DNA from: Glycera tridactyla
Lineage: Eukaryota
DNA length: 64,000 nucleotides
Reading direction: 5' to 3'
NCBI GenBank assembly: GCA_965644265.1
Contig: OZ286470.1
Span: forward strand, 22,568,001-22,632,000
Shown here: positions 13,851-27,209 of the stretch, one piece after another
How positions within the stretch are numbered: position 1 is the first letter of the stretch
Layout of the letters: every line of letters begins with the position of its first letter
Program-made: the position numbers and the translations under genes
Notes under the pieces: generated by a model
What the model was told of the DNA's origin: nothing
Seen by the model: only the letters and a program-made list of their open reading frames with translations
The model's database searches: none

Positions 13851-15689
13851 TCCCTGAATATACTCAAGGATGTTGGGAGGGGAAACATTTTTAATTCTTA
13901 ACCCATTTTCATTCAACATACCCACCCATCACCTCTGGAATTTGAGTGGTTCCATCAAAAAGTCCCATGAGCATATTACTGGATTTGGTGGACTATTGCG
14001 ATATCATCAGAGATTTTGACATTTGGTTCCATTTGCGAGAATGTGGTAGTTTGCAAGAGAATGGGATCACTCATATCATGACAGTCTTGGGGTAAAGGTT
14101 AGGTCTTAGTATGTGACTATTGGAGAAAATTGAGGTACCCAACATTATTGTGTGGGAAATAAGCAAGCAAACAGGCTTGACAGTATTGCTGGTAATCATT
14201 CTTGGTTCCTCTCAGAATGTCATCCATGGTGTCTTCCATTGTTCTAAGATGGTCGTTCTTCGCTGGCAGGTTGTCCTATTCATCATGTTTCATCATGAAC
14301 ATTCTTTCATGATGCCCTAATTTCTTGGACACTTGATAGCTTACTGAAGTGAGACCAGTGATGCCCGAAATGTCACCAAAAAGTAGTCAGAAATGAGATG
14401 GTCTCTTTTCAGAGGTATATTGAGACTGTGATAATTGAAAATCCTTCTTGATATGTCATATAATTTGTTGAATTTGTCCACACTAGAAATGCTCTGTGTT
14501 CGGCAACTCTGCAAAAATTGTATATATTTGATTAATGAGTATACAATTATGGAAGAATAAACTGTTCTGAGAAAGTAGTCTATGTTTGAGGTGGTCTCCC
14601 ACCAGTGGTCTGCCTGTGGATCTCTTGTTGCAGATCCCTCGCTATTTCGCATGCCCCCATTATATCAAGAGATCTGCATTCTGTCCGAAGATCTGGAGTA
14701 ATGCTTGGAATAATCTAGGTTGCATGCCTCTTGCGTTGCTGTAGAGGGGGCAGGTAATCAGCATATATTGCTGACAATGTTTACCTTATTAGGTCATAAT
14801 GTGTACCCGGCGCGTATATACCTTTCATGGTCAATTCAAGGTCGAACCTGTCTACCGAGCCACACTTTGTCCTGTGATGCTGGATATGTGTCGTAGCTTC
14901 CTATATCTGTGTCGGCTTTAGAAGGATATTTCCCATAGCAAACTTGGCTAAAGCAATCATTGCATTTTAGCCAACCTATCCATGCTATGTATAGTGAGAT
15001 GACAAGAATTCCACATTCACTCTCTATCCAAACTTGGAAAGATAAAGTTCCAGACATGAGAAATCTGTTCGAAGCCCCCTACTATCACGAAAACACAGAT
15101 TTCTCATGATCAATATAAAGGGATGTAGGACCTATCTCCATTAGCTTCAGTAGAATTCTTCTTAGTCACTTTGGCTAAGACTTTAGCCCGATGAGTAAAG
15201 TATTAGGCCCTGCCTAACTGGGTAATGGCTAGTGCCGATGCTGTGTATTCTGATACTTAGCTATCATTTCCTGCATCTCATGTCATGAGAGTGGGTGATA
15301 TAACCATATTCTGTTGGTTAAATGTGCCTGCACGATGAGACACCCGCCCCCCCCCCCCAAAAAAAAAAACGAGAAAAAAAAAAGAAAAGAATATGAATGC
15401 TAATAATCACACCCCACACTCTACAATCATCATCACTTCTTATAGCCATGTACCAATTCACACCCGGGATAAGTGGAGTAGCTGAGTACAGAGGTCCCAC
15501 CTCTACACTGACACCTCCACAGTTCATGTATGAGGGCGCAAGCCAAGTCTTGGATGGTGGATGTTGTCCACTGGTTGTCCGCTGGTCACTAATCTCTTCA
15601 CAATTGTAAACAATGCTGTCCAATTAAGAACCGAATAGTGACCGCCTAACTTGCCTCAGTGTACATGGTGTGTGTTTAGTTTGACTGTT

Positions 15690-16040
15690 TATGCTCGGGA
15701 TAATGGGGGTCGGTGCCTCTTGGGAGGAGCGTGGGAGGGTGAAGTGGGTCTCTACCCTGTCTGCTCATATACCAGTTCACATCTCTGACACGTCAAGTGA
15801 CACACAAGATGCTACGGCAACCGCGTCCTGGCGCATCTCAAAACAGGCGTCCACCTCCGCTGGGGACGCCAACTTGACATGTCGGCTTCGGCGGTCGCTC
15901 CAAACTCGGCGATGATAAAACCTCCCTCCGGCAACGAGAGATCACGTTGATGGACCTAATAACACTCCTACAACTGCCACCAATTCTCGTTAACCACCGA
16001 CCAATCAGCTGGCTTATCTGATCATCTGAGAACGAGTTAG
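15690..16040. promoter_or_regulatory. CpG-rich patch
   Basis: Dense CpGs; CCAATCAGC motif. Confidence 0.45.
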
Positions 16041-16227
16041 GTCCAGCCATATATTCACTGAGACCTGATTAAGTTGAATTACATCAGTGTACATACAAGT
16101 CCATCCAATTTAGTTTTACTTCAGGGGCCAACAAAAGTAATAGGCCATGTCTGTGGGCTCCATACATCTTGGGTAACATCTCGTCTCGCTGCTTTGCTCA
16201 GTTGGACTCTTCACTGAAATAGATGTA

Positions 16228-16435
16228 TTGGCTCTGAGGTATGGTTGAAGCCAGACATTTGTCCTGCCATAATTCAAAATGTGACAATTTACACAAATAT
16301 GAAACAAATGTTACAAGTGTAACTCTGGGTGTGACTGAAGTGAGACGTTTGTCTCGCCACTTTTCAAAATGTGAGACATGATTGCACTCAACAGTGAGAC
16401 AAATGTCTCAAAATCTCCCCTGATATCCAACCCTG
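16228..16435. mobile_element. Non-autonomous DNA transposon, probable hAT-type MITE (copy 1, left end decayed)
   Basis: Colinear with 51452-51668; ends CCAACCCTG; internal GAGACATTTGTC/GAGACAAATGTC repeats. Confidence 0.7.
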
Positions 16436-17100
16436 AACACTCCCTGAGATTTTGACACTATCCCTTCAATTCTGTTACTCCAGTCAGTTACATTCTTCAG
16501 TGTGCTGGAGGCTCATGCCTCAGAAAGAGAAGAAAAGTTCTATCACTGTGAAAAACAGAGAATATTTGTCCCTTAATACTACACCTTGCATGGGTTTAAG
16601 TCTAAAGGATTGGAATATGGAGTATCTTCAATTTGCAGATCCTTGCAGTTGTCAGTGAAGGATGTTTGACACCGTATCTATATCAAAAGTTTGAAAATAT
16701 CCCAGCCGTGTTTGCACATCATCAAATGTTGCGGTTGGATAGATAAATATCACATCCATGCTGAGAATGTGTCACAAACTCCAGAAATCGAGCATTCACC
16801 ATCACAATCTATCAGTGTCCGAGTTTGAATGTTACATTGGTCTTGCTCGTTTGGTAAGTAATCACTGATCACAAGGTCAGAGGTTCAAGTGTTGATGGTT
16901 GTTATACCAATGTCGGAGTTGAAGGGTCGGTGTCTAACCAGTTGCTGATGCCCATCTTATCAGCGAGTTGCCAATGGACATTCCGCCGGCACTAGAGACA
17001 TTGCGGTGCTGACCCAGGTTTCCCCTAGATGTCTCTCACTCAGTCATCATCGCTTGACCTTCTCTGACCTTCGCACACTCCAGTGATGGCCAAAGTTAGG

Positions 17101-17836
17101 CTACACTTCCATGAGTCCAACAGACTTGACTGGCCCGCCAGGTCTCCCTTCTACAGGGGTCTGAAAATTAAAGTGGCCGAAACCCCGACCTGGTTTTTTC
17201 ACTGATGACCTGTCCTAATTCACCATTCCTTCCTCAGTGTTCCTTTGAGTGATGTTTCCACCAGTTTCTCAGCATATGCATACTCAACACCCTTTCAGGT
17301 ACACCTGGTCCTGGCTGAATGTCTCAGTGTAGAAATGAACATCATTTAACCTGACCACATTTGGCCTCATCTCGGGGAGAAGCATTTCAGTTTCCCAGCA
17401 CACCAGTCCTTATAAGACACACTCGCTGGAATGCCATCCCTGGACCAGGAGAGGCATGATCCCATCCCCAGCTGGGATGGGCATCAACCCTGCTGTCTTT
17501 AGAGGGCCATGTTGCTACATAGGGGGCTGCCATTTTGTGGCAACCTAAGATTGTCTATGCCAACGCTATGACAACCCTCTTCTTCAGTTAGGATGTTGGA
17601 TGTCCATGTTCAACATTTGTTGGTGTATGGTGAAGTTTAAATTGGACAGGGGTCAGGTCTTGAGTCCAACAGACTTGACTGGCCCGCCAGGTCTCCCTTC
17701 TACAGGGGTCTGAAAATTAAAGTGGCCGAAACCCCGACCTGGTTTTTTCACTGATGACCTGTCCTAATTCACCATTCCTTCCTCAGTGTTCCTTTGAGTG
17801 ATGTTTCCACCAGTTTCTCAGCCTACACTTCCATGA
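17101..17836. mobile_element. Young 711-bp non-coding insertion (17112-17822) with identical 162-bp direct terminal repeats, flanked by an 11-14 bp TSD
   Basis: 17112-17273 is identical to 17661-17822 (offset 549). CTACACTTCCATGA occurs at 17101-17114 and 17823-17836, and its final TGA overlaps the element start. No ORF and no recognisable PBS. Confidence 0.9.
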
Positions 17837-18060
17837 TGTCTGATATCTGCATGAAAAAAATGTTCTCCCATGAAAGCAGATCCTGACCAACATATGCTGC
17901 CAGAACAAATACATACAGTTGGCGTATATGATCAGAAATCATGAATATTATCATCTATTTTGGTCATTAGTTGATATGCCTGTGATATAGGTCTTCACTC
18001 ACACATAGGATACATCAGGATTTTGTTCAATACATTTTGTTAAACCTCAGTCGGTCATTG

Positions 18061-18120
<60 letters not shown>
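18061..18120. repeat. (AATC)15 microsatellite
   Basis: Visible perfect run. Confidence 0.95.
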
Positions 18121-18416
18121 CACATACGTCTCAAAAACCTGTTCATTAGTGCAGGAATCATGATGTATAAGCTCCTCTTGTCCCAGCTGGAAATTGTGAT
18201 CATGCAAAGCCTGGGTGGAGGGAGGGTGTGGGGGGGGGGGGTATAATTTGCTTCAGATATGACTCATAGGCATTACTGCATGGTACTTCAGTGAACAGCA
18301 GGCGTCAGCTATCTGAGATGCTGAATTTATGCCCCAGTTTCAGTTGTGGATTTTCAGGAGGGAGATAAAATGATATCCTTGCATAATCTCCGCTACTAAC
18401 TTCAACTTCCCGAGTA

Positions 18417-18511
18417 CTCTCTTTCTCTCTATCTCCCCTCCCCCCACTCCCTCCTTCTCTCTCTCCTCCCTGCCCCACTCCCTCCTCTCTCTATCTCCCT
18501 CTCTTCTCTCT
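18417..18511. repeat. CT-rich low-complexity tract
   Basis: Imperfect (CT)n/poly-C tract. Confidence 0.8.
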
Positions 18512-18649
18512 CATATTTATTTTGAGGCATTCAGGAGAGGTCCTCAGCAAGTTCAATCTCTTATCCATCCATAGCCACTGCTGATTCTTGGATGAATTGG
18601 TCATAAAAATGGTTTAGTTGGGTACTGAGCGAGAAGGATAGAAGTGATG

Positions 18650-19080
18650 GATATAACGCAGTTAGATCCGTTTATTTTTTTCAGGGTTGGTATGGTATCT
18701 AGGAGCCTGTTGGTTTGAGTATTATCAGCATGTAGCTCACATGTTAGCCTGGCAAAGTTTCCAAGCGTGGCATTATGTCGTTCTACCATGTGCATGCTTA
18801 GAATTGTGCCCGCGTCCTGGTACGCGCCGACCGCTGTTGTGCGACGTATTGTTCGCGCTGAATCGACAGGAAGTCGACGAGCCGCGCGATCACTTATAGC
18901 GAATGTGTGCTGGATAATGCATGTGGCTGGCCCAATGTGAAAGTCACTCACGTGTAAATGTGCAGCCTTTTAGTGGCACAGGAAGTGGCTGTGTTTGCCC
19001 TACGAAGCCCAACTTCAATTGGCACACGTTTGTCATGTAGGTGAGGGGATCCCATGTTTCTCCGGCTCCGCGCTCCCCCC
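18650..19080. promoter_or_regulatory. CpG-rich patch
   Basis: Very dense CpGs; CAGGAAGT ETS-like core; CACGTG; poly-C run at the right edge. Confidence 0.5.
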
Positions 19081-19779
19081 CCCCCCCATCCCACCATCAC
19101 ACAAAGGTGTGCTAGCTAACCCAGGTATCAGAACACTTTCCACAATTACCCTTTTATATTTTGTACATTTGTGCGTGTTGGTCATTGAACAGTGGGTGGT
19201 TACATAGAATGTAAAAGCTGCCCTGGACCCTGAAAATAACTCAACAACAGCATGGACTGTCCTTGAACACGGCTTATTTCATTCAGTAACATTGCCTAAT
19301 GCAGTTTTTATTTGGTTTCCTAAATGAATCAGAACCTCAAAAGGTTAATGCTATGCTTGGCCATGTGTACAACTTGCCTCCTAACAGACTATTCACAGGT
19401 AAAAACCTCCCAGACAGAAGGACTATATTTCATTTAGCATAGGGCCCAGAATCTGCATATTCTATTAATGGATTCTCTTTTGTGGACAATAACCCACACC
19501 CTAACTATCATGATAATATTTCTATGTAAGCCTGTCATTTTCTATGACATTTTCCACAAATTTCAAGCATTAGCTCAGAAATTATCTTTCGGATCGTCCT
19601 ATATTGAGGTTGTGTAGTTTTAGATTCAGGTGACCAACCATATTCCGAATACTGTAATATCCCTTCAAGAACAGCCAGAACAGCTGATGATTGTGGGAAT
19701 AGAAACTCATGGCTTGTTGAATAGCATTATTCTCAGACAGAATGGCCCATTGTCAGATGTGAAATAACTGCTTAATGTC

Positions 19780-20090
19780 ACAAGGTAACAACGATTCACC
19801 GCATAAGTCGCAATTGCATGAAAGTGATGTACGCCGCATTAGGAGAATCTTCCACACGGCCGATAGTGAATAGTGTCTGGTTTCCTGTACCGTGCGAGAA
19901 TGAAACCATGTGCAATCGTCACACGTGCTTTTCGGCTTAATTAGAAGCCCGAGCTCGACCTTGCCTCGCCAGCGACGTCTCTCATCTTCTCTGCCCATCC
20001 CTAGCCTGAAAGAAACTGTGTCGCACTGTATTAGGTCGTTGAGAAGATGCTATTCACAGCTTCCTCTTTCAAGTCGTGCATCACCTAATT
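19780..20090. promoter_or_regulatory. CpG-rich patch
   Basis: Dense CpGs; CACGTG; CTTAATTAG homeodomain-like palindrome. Confidence 0.45.
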
Positions 20091-22800
20091 TGAGTGGGAT
20101 AATTCCTATCCCAATTTGGGATAATTTCTTCCTGAGTATCACCAGTCATCTTTTTTGTCATCACAGAACTGTCATTTTGCCAGAGGCTTTAGCAATTTGG
20201 AATTTTTTCAGTGTGAATTTATCTTGCCTTTTAGTGCAAAATTAACATGTAGTCTTCTTCAAAAGTGGTTTGAGGAACTATAACAATTTGTAGCAGTTTT
20301 TCATGCTAATGGACATTCTGGTGAGCAATGAATCAATCAATCGCGAAATTTACTCCTTGGGCTTCGATTTATTTGGTTGAATGAATGAATAAATCAGTCA
20401 ATCAATCAATCGATCGAATGGATGCCCATTTTACTTCCATTGGCATGTGATAACAGTTCTAATAACAGTGAAATTGTCATCATCAGACTATTATGCTAGA
20501 TACATCAGACAATTTCGTCATGACCTGAATCTGGTAGTACTCTTAATGATAATTTGAGCTGCCTTCAAGGAAAATCTGATCCACCCCACACGCCATCTGC
20601 ACAAAGTGTGACAACAACAATGATGAAACAAATTCAAAAAATTGGTGACAACAATCGCCTTCAGTTGGGCAACTGTGATGGGTGTTTTTCACCACACATG
20701 GACGGTCCGTCACGTCATGATTCTCTCACCTTATCAGGTGCTTAAATGTGATCATGGCTTTTGAATATCATCGAAAATACGGGATAAAAAATGCATAGTC
20801 AATCCAATGATGATTGCATCAGTTGGTTCATGAAAGCAGGTGTGGGTCTGAACATGCATCTCTTTGATGTAGACAGTGTCCCCCCAACAAGTTCCCTATT
20901 TATTCTGTAATCAAACACCTTTCCTTGACATCTTACCCAATATTCTCTTCATGAAATCACCCCGTTATCAGTGGCTGGAGAACGGAAAGGTATAAACAAG
21001 AGCTCTACTTGTGAAGAGAAAAGTATTATGCTGAATTCAATTGAGATTTTTCTAGCAAATTTTCCTGTGTTGGTTATATAATATTCCTTGATTACCACAC
21101 TAGCAAGATGGCAACTAAGGCCATACACTGTGCAATGTATGGAGTTAGTGTTTGGATCAAAGACAAGATTGTCGTGAGTTATTTTTGAAGGCCTGACCAT
21201 GAAATTGCCGAAGGTGACTGCATTGTTGTCAGCTGAAACAGGTGACTGCCTCAATTTTTTTCTGCCATCCGAGTCTTATTACAAAGTTCACACATTTTTA
21301 TCGTGCAAACTGCTCTGCATGGGTTAGAGAAGATTGTTTACATCACACCTTGAACACGCCCCCCCCCCCCCCCCCCTCCTCTCAACATCATTGCTAGGTA
21401 ATGCAGTAATTCCAATGTAGAGAGAAGAGCTTGAGGAAATTCTGAATGTTTTCATTGAATTCAGTGAGATCCTTGGTGATCAGAAACATATAAACGAAAC
21501 AAAGTTCATGACATATTTAGGATGTGAATGTGCGATTCTGTCCTACTTGAGATGCTAAGTCTGCTAGGACCTGCATTATCATCCCATCGTCTTCTGATAT
21601 ATCTGATATATGGGAGGCCGTGCATATTTCAAGGATCAAAAAACCTCTTTTCTGTATCTGATATCTGCTGATTCAGATCACTGTGCATGTAGATCAAGTT
21701 AAAAAGCCATATTTCACTGTATTTTTCTCTGGTCATGACATCATATAAATGATGATTCAACACTAGTAAAGAATGATTTAACATTGGTACAAGTGTCCTA
21801 CATTTGGAATGAGAAATTCGCTGAAGCACGCCCATTGTAATGTTCAAGAACACTTGACAAAATACACAACATGGCGACATCGACATGGATACACTCACGA
21901 GTTTGTTACTTAGTGAGGTCAAACGGTCCTCCATACATTGCTCAGTTGGGTTTCTTGCCGGGTCGCACTTGACCTTTGAACTAGGGCGTTTGCTGGTCAT
22001 GGCCTCATGTCAGTTCACATTTAAGTGAAGAGGGCTGCTCGGGGTTTTTGATATGGGTATGCTCTCTGTGCAGCGATGAGCAATGTAATTTAGCTGCAAA
22101 AGACGGAGCCAAGCCGCATATGCATGCATGCCCATTTGTGTGTCATAGTTGGAGTAGCCCCCCCCCCCCCCCACACACACACACACACCCTTCCTCGTCA
22201 GTAACACGTTTTACTCCTCACAGCATCAAACGTCACAATTTTTCCCATATAAGCTCCTATATACCCAGTTGGTATCTCAGGCTTTTCAAGAAGCCAGGGA
22301 GATAATGTAATTTCCAAAGCTTAAATCTTGAAATGACAATCTGGACTCAAAATGCATCAGTACTTTAGAATCCATAAACTACTGTTCTCATGCCTTGAAG
22401 AACATGTGTATTGTACATGTTAAATTGAGATTTTGAGAACATTTTTGTAGGAAAATCATTGTGTTATATAGTTTGAGGGATGGGAATGGGTGAATTTTTT
22501 CTGAGGATGTTAAGATGTGTCTCATTAGATAAATGATAGTTGGCGCCATCTTGCGGTGCCGTATATGCATGCTGACGACGGTCTTTGATGGATTTTTTGG
22601 CGTCATTCATGCTTGCATATCACCGGTTCTCTTCACTTACTCTTGCCGATGGCGCTGAAAGTGACATGCACTTCTTAGCAGGTATGCCACAATCCATTCA
22701 GGTATGTAGGGCAATGAAGTGTAAGCGACAATCCTTCGCAGTAAATGCCACCCCCTTACATGGCATGCAGTTCTGTCTGCACCTTTGGCTTCCTGCCTTG

Positions 22801-22816
22801 GACAGGTTTCACTGTA
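22801..22816. mobile_element. Solo right end of the CAGT-TIR MITE family
   Basis: GACAGGTTTCACTGTA. Confidence 0.55.
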
Positions 22817-23068
22817 TCAAATACTGTAGAGTGCTTATGTTCTTTCAACTATATCTTGATAATGATCATCCAGTCTCTTTAAGTTTTTTTCATGAGAATG
22901 ATAAATTTCAACCTTTACCTATGCACATATTTGCCCTGTATGTGAAGGACTGTTTGAATTCTGATGTGGATGGTTCCTGAGCCATCTATCTGGGTTGTTC
23001 TTCATTCTCCAATCGCAATATCATTCTTCGGATGGTCACCCATCTTGGGAGGTTCCTACTTTGTGAAT

Positions 23069-23286
23069 GACAGTTAAATCTCCCTACAAAGACCATCCTC
23101 GGTCTCATCAGACAGGTGGCCTTTGTGGGGAGGTTGTTAGAAGTGGAAAATACACATATTCTCCTGCCTTTAGTTGAACAGACAGTAAACACTACTCAAT
23201 CAATCAATCATGGTCATAACTCAGGGTGACCTTTGTAGGTAGGTGGACTGTGTGTAGAGGTGGTCTCTGGGGCAGGTTTGGCTGTA
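23069..23286. mobile_element. Degenerate MITE, CAGT-TIR family
   Basis: CAGTTAAATCT ... GAGGTGGTCTCTGGGGCAGGTTTGGCTGTA. Confidence 0.65.
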
Positions 23287-23349
23287 TTCCAGCTCTGATC
23301 ATGTATTCTTGCTATATTTTGCCAGCTGTCATATTGATGATGACTATAC

Positions 23350-23780
23350 ATAGTCGTATGATCTCATGGCTGCTCGCCTGACGTGCATGTTAGTAGTGCT
23401 GGTCGAGTCATCACCGCCGGGAGGTCAGATACTACTGGAGTCATCGCAGACCCGCGCGCGATAGCTGCCGTCTTCTGCGTCCTATCTCTCGTAACCAATA
23501 CGTTGTGTTTGACGCCAATATACGATGACATGTCCCTCGGTGACTCCAGCCTCACTTTGAAATTATCCATCCCGCCGTGGGATCAAGTTGCGCTTTAAAG
23601 TGATGCGGTGATGGCCTTTTGCCTGCCGAGATGTAAACACAGACGGACAGGTGTTGCAGTCTCGCGTTTTTGGCGAGTGTTCAGTGTCCTGGCCACCACC
23701 AGAGGGGGTTCGGGGTACTCTTACATCTTCAGTTCGTGGTTGGCAGAGGGCACTCTCGGACCTGTAAGCGGATGCCAGCC
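23350..23780. promoter_or_regulatory. CpG-rich patch
   Basis: Dense CpGs including CCCGCGCGCG. Confidence 0.45.
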
Positions 23781-24439
23781 TGATGATCCATTTCACTGAG
23801 TGATAGATAACACAGAAGTCTAACAAGTTGATTTTGAGAATCTTAGGTGCTACGAGTGAAGTATCAGTCTTAAGTAGAGACAAGATTTGGGTCATGATAC
23901 ATCTCTAAACCAGCTTGCTTCCATCAGCAATGGCAATAATTCTTGCTCTAATTTCAGAGTAATATTTGGATGTTATTGTTAGCTTCATTCTGCAGGTACC
24001 CCTTGCAAACTTGGTGGTATTTTATACGTTTGAACCCCATCTGATAATTTCTTATACATGTATCTCAAAAGACTATGTTTGGGGTTGATATTGGAGGCTC
24101 CGTGCTTGTGGCATATTGGAGGTTTCAAGCTTGTGGGCCTTCTCTATTCCAAATATGGTTTGAGCCAGAAGTGATAAGATCTACCATTCCAACTCTAAAG
24201 TGCTTATACACTGGAATCATTTTAGTTATATATCTCCATTGAGAATATGCTAGAATTCTTTCAGCCTTAGCTAATGGCTAAGCCTATTCTGGCTTCAGTG
24301 GCGTCAGACCCTCTTGGTGGCCAGTGGTATGATACACAGGAATAAAACGTTGGCTATAATTGAGTTGGAAATTAAACTCTTCAAGCTGAAGAAGAAGTCT
24401 GAGGGACATAATGAAGTGAATTGTGTGTGGAGAGGTGAG

Positions 24440-24840
24440 CTCCATTGGCGTGGCAGTCATGGAGGCAACAGCGCCAATGTTAAATTGGAATGTGGGACGT
24501 CGTTGTCGTCGTCATCATCGTCGTCGAGTAGCAACGTTAGCAACGCTCAGAATGAGGCAGCATTCAGCGGTGCATTCATTGCATCCGGTGAAGCGTGGTT
24601 TCGGGCGGCCGCATGCAGCCCTGTTCACTGGTACACGCCATTATCTTTCAGACCGTCTCTATTGGCTTCGTAACCTGATAGATGGAAGGCACGTCGGCTC
24701 TGGTCAGACGACGTCGTCATCGTCGCCGGCTTGAAGCCACACTGACCACGTCGCCATGACGTTACACTGGGCACATATAGACCTGCAACCACCCATCTTC
24801 ATGATCCCCACCACAAATAGCCATCGTCTTTAACTGCGCT
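24440..24840. promoter_or_regulatory. CpG-rich patch
   Basis: Dense CpGs, with short (GTC)n runs. Confidence 0.45.
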
Positions 24841-25948
24841 GACCACAAATAGCTACCTGTCTTGGGGCTGTAAAACAGAACTAACCCATTTCTGACTTCA
24901 ACCCTGCTTGCGATACCAGACTCAAAAGCTCTCAATCCACTTGGTTTTATTCTCTCATAATTTGCAAATTCGAATCATTTGCTAATCCAAATCATTTCAT
25001 GTTGAGGCTACATATATGTACTATTGGCTGAAATGTGAACTCGTTTTTGGTGAGTGTGGGGGTTCTCACATTGGCAGATACAGTTATATTCTGAAGGAAT
25101 GTTATGTGCACTGACATCTGGAAGTAATATTACAGGACTGCAATGGAGGCAAGTTCCCTGTCATTGGTAATCTTTTTTGAGAGATTCTGTTCCTTTTGTT
25201 ATTTCTTTTTTAAGGGTCATGGTTGTATGACAGGCCTAGTCCTGATTAGTTTCATAGGACTCTGGTCAGTATTTACAGTTCATAACATGTCATCCATGTA
25301 TTTATCTAATTTTGACTTGGACAAGTCAACAGCAGCTGTCTACAAGCTGACGTAGTCCTGTGCATAGCATGGAGAATACTGGATTTATCCATTTTCTGTT
25401 AGCATTACTGATAATAGTAATTCTTGTGATTGTGTTATGGACATTCGACTTGAGGTTCAGATATGCGATGGGGAACATTGACATTGGAATATATGACTTG
25501 TTTGTTCCATATTCACAGGTTGAAGGCCGAAAGGTTTGAGTTATGTATCTGGTATAAATACCCTGGACCAGTGATGCAGCTAACTTGTGCCAGATGTGGC
25601 CAATGATTGGTGACACATGTTCTTGAAAGTCAATCTACATTCATGGGATTGTGTTCACTCACTTTCCCATCATTCTCACTTGTAGAATTGAACTTCATCC
25701 ATATCACACTTATCTATGTGTTCCCTTCTTTGCAGTCTGAGCTGTCGGTTTCTTGAGAGTTCTGGACTGCAAATTACAGAGATCTCACTTGCCTATAAGA
25801 CGGTTGAAGTGGTATGGTCGAGAAATAAAGCCTTGAGGTTCATCTCGAGTTTGTCTTCAGATCACAGGACGACTTGAGTCATTTGATTGACATTCATCCG
25901 TCTTTGTTTCTGTATCTATCTTCTTGTGACTGTCTTTTTATGTGTCAG

Positions 25949-26034
25949 TCCATCCATCCATCCATCCATCCATCCATCCATCCAACCATCCATCCATACA
26001 TCCATCCATCCATCCATCCATACATCCATCCATC
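25949..26034. repeat. (CCAT)n microsatellite
   Basis: Visible run. Confidence 0.95.
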
Positions 26035-27209
26035 TACTCATCTTCCACCGTCTAGGGGCACATGAGGCACCAGGTGATCCCTCCTTCATACCGAGAGGAC
26101 AGATCTGACCAAAAGGTCAACACTATTTTGGGGTGTTACATAATATAAGTTTGGTATCCCACCAAAATTTAGTTGCTCTCAAATGTGAAGTGGGTGACCC
26201 CAGTTCACTATGACTATCTTGAAATGCACTCAAATGCTGGTGAAATGGCCACAGAAGCCATCAAACCTGTCCGTCACAAAAAAAACTAATGAATATTTTA
26301 AGCATGATTCTCATCAAAATTGCAAAATAGCAACTATTAAAACTGCCCGAACTTAATCACATATCGCATTCCTCCCCAATTTTCCTGTCACTTCTCCACT
26401 GCTGCATTCATGCCTTTCAAGAGATGGTGCTCGTTGGTTGGCTGGTGCAACAAAAAAACATAGCCGGAGTGTCAACAATTGTATCGTGATTAATTCATGG
26501 AGAGGCAATTTGGGGCCAATTTAGATCAATTTAGGGGAGAGAATCCTGGCCGGTGGGGCATGTAGTGTGTTAGAGTGAATGCTTGTAGGTTGCATGAGCA
26601 TAAATACTTTATGATATATGTTTCACCCATGACCCCTCCCATTTTTGGCAGCCTGCATGCTCTGCTACTACCATGAATGGAAACCTGGCCAAGTGCTAAT
26701 GTTGTCTTTTGAAAATTTTCTGTGATATTTGAATATATTGTCTGGAAACTCTCACAATTACGAGAAATCCCGAGTTCGAAAATCCCATCTTTGGTTGGGA
26801 CAAAGCACTTGGCTTCAAACTTGACTTGTCCAGAATATCATACTCTGGAAAGTTGGTGACTTTTTTCGATGAATTGGTTTTCTCTAAAGTATTTTGGAGA
26901 TGAGAAAGATGAATTAGTTTAGGAAAATCGATGAGTTTTCTCAAAAAGGCACTATTTCAACATAGATTTTGAGTACTTTACATGATGGACTGAGCCGTTG
27001 TGTTTTAAAAAGGCAAGATTTGATTCGGTAGAATATTCTTTTCACCATCTTCTAAGCTTTAGAAGCGAAAGGCATTTGTATTTGCAGGAGATTATCATGG
27101 TATGTCATTTGCGGACTTGAGATTGGGAGCTCTCTAGGAGGGAGGAGAAAAGGCTAGAAAGACATGGAGAATGTGCGAACAAATGAGGTGTAAGAGAGGA
27201 GTGAGTTTA

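Noticed and set aside
17112-17273. Hammerhead or HDV-like ribozyme in the direct repeat (CTGATGA, CCGAAAC and CCC-TTCTACA-GGG present)
   Set aside because: The motifs could not be arranged into type I/II/III hammerhead or HDV pseudoknot topology on either strand.
17112-17820. TRIM/LTR retrotransposon interpretation (TG...CA ends)
   Set aside because: No 4-6 bp TSD and no PBS; an 11-14 bp TSD is present instead.
25715-25860. Polypyrimidine tract plus TTGCAG acceptor followed by a short open frame
   Set aside because: No convincing donor site or recognisable peptide; cannot be supported without RNA data.
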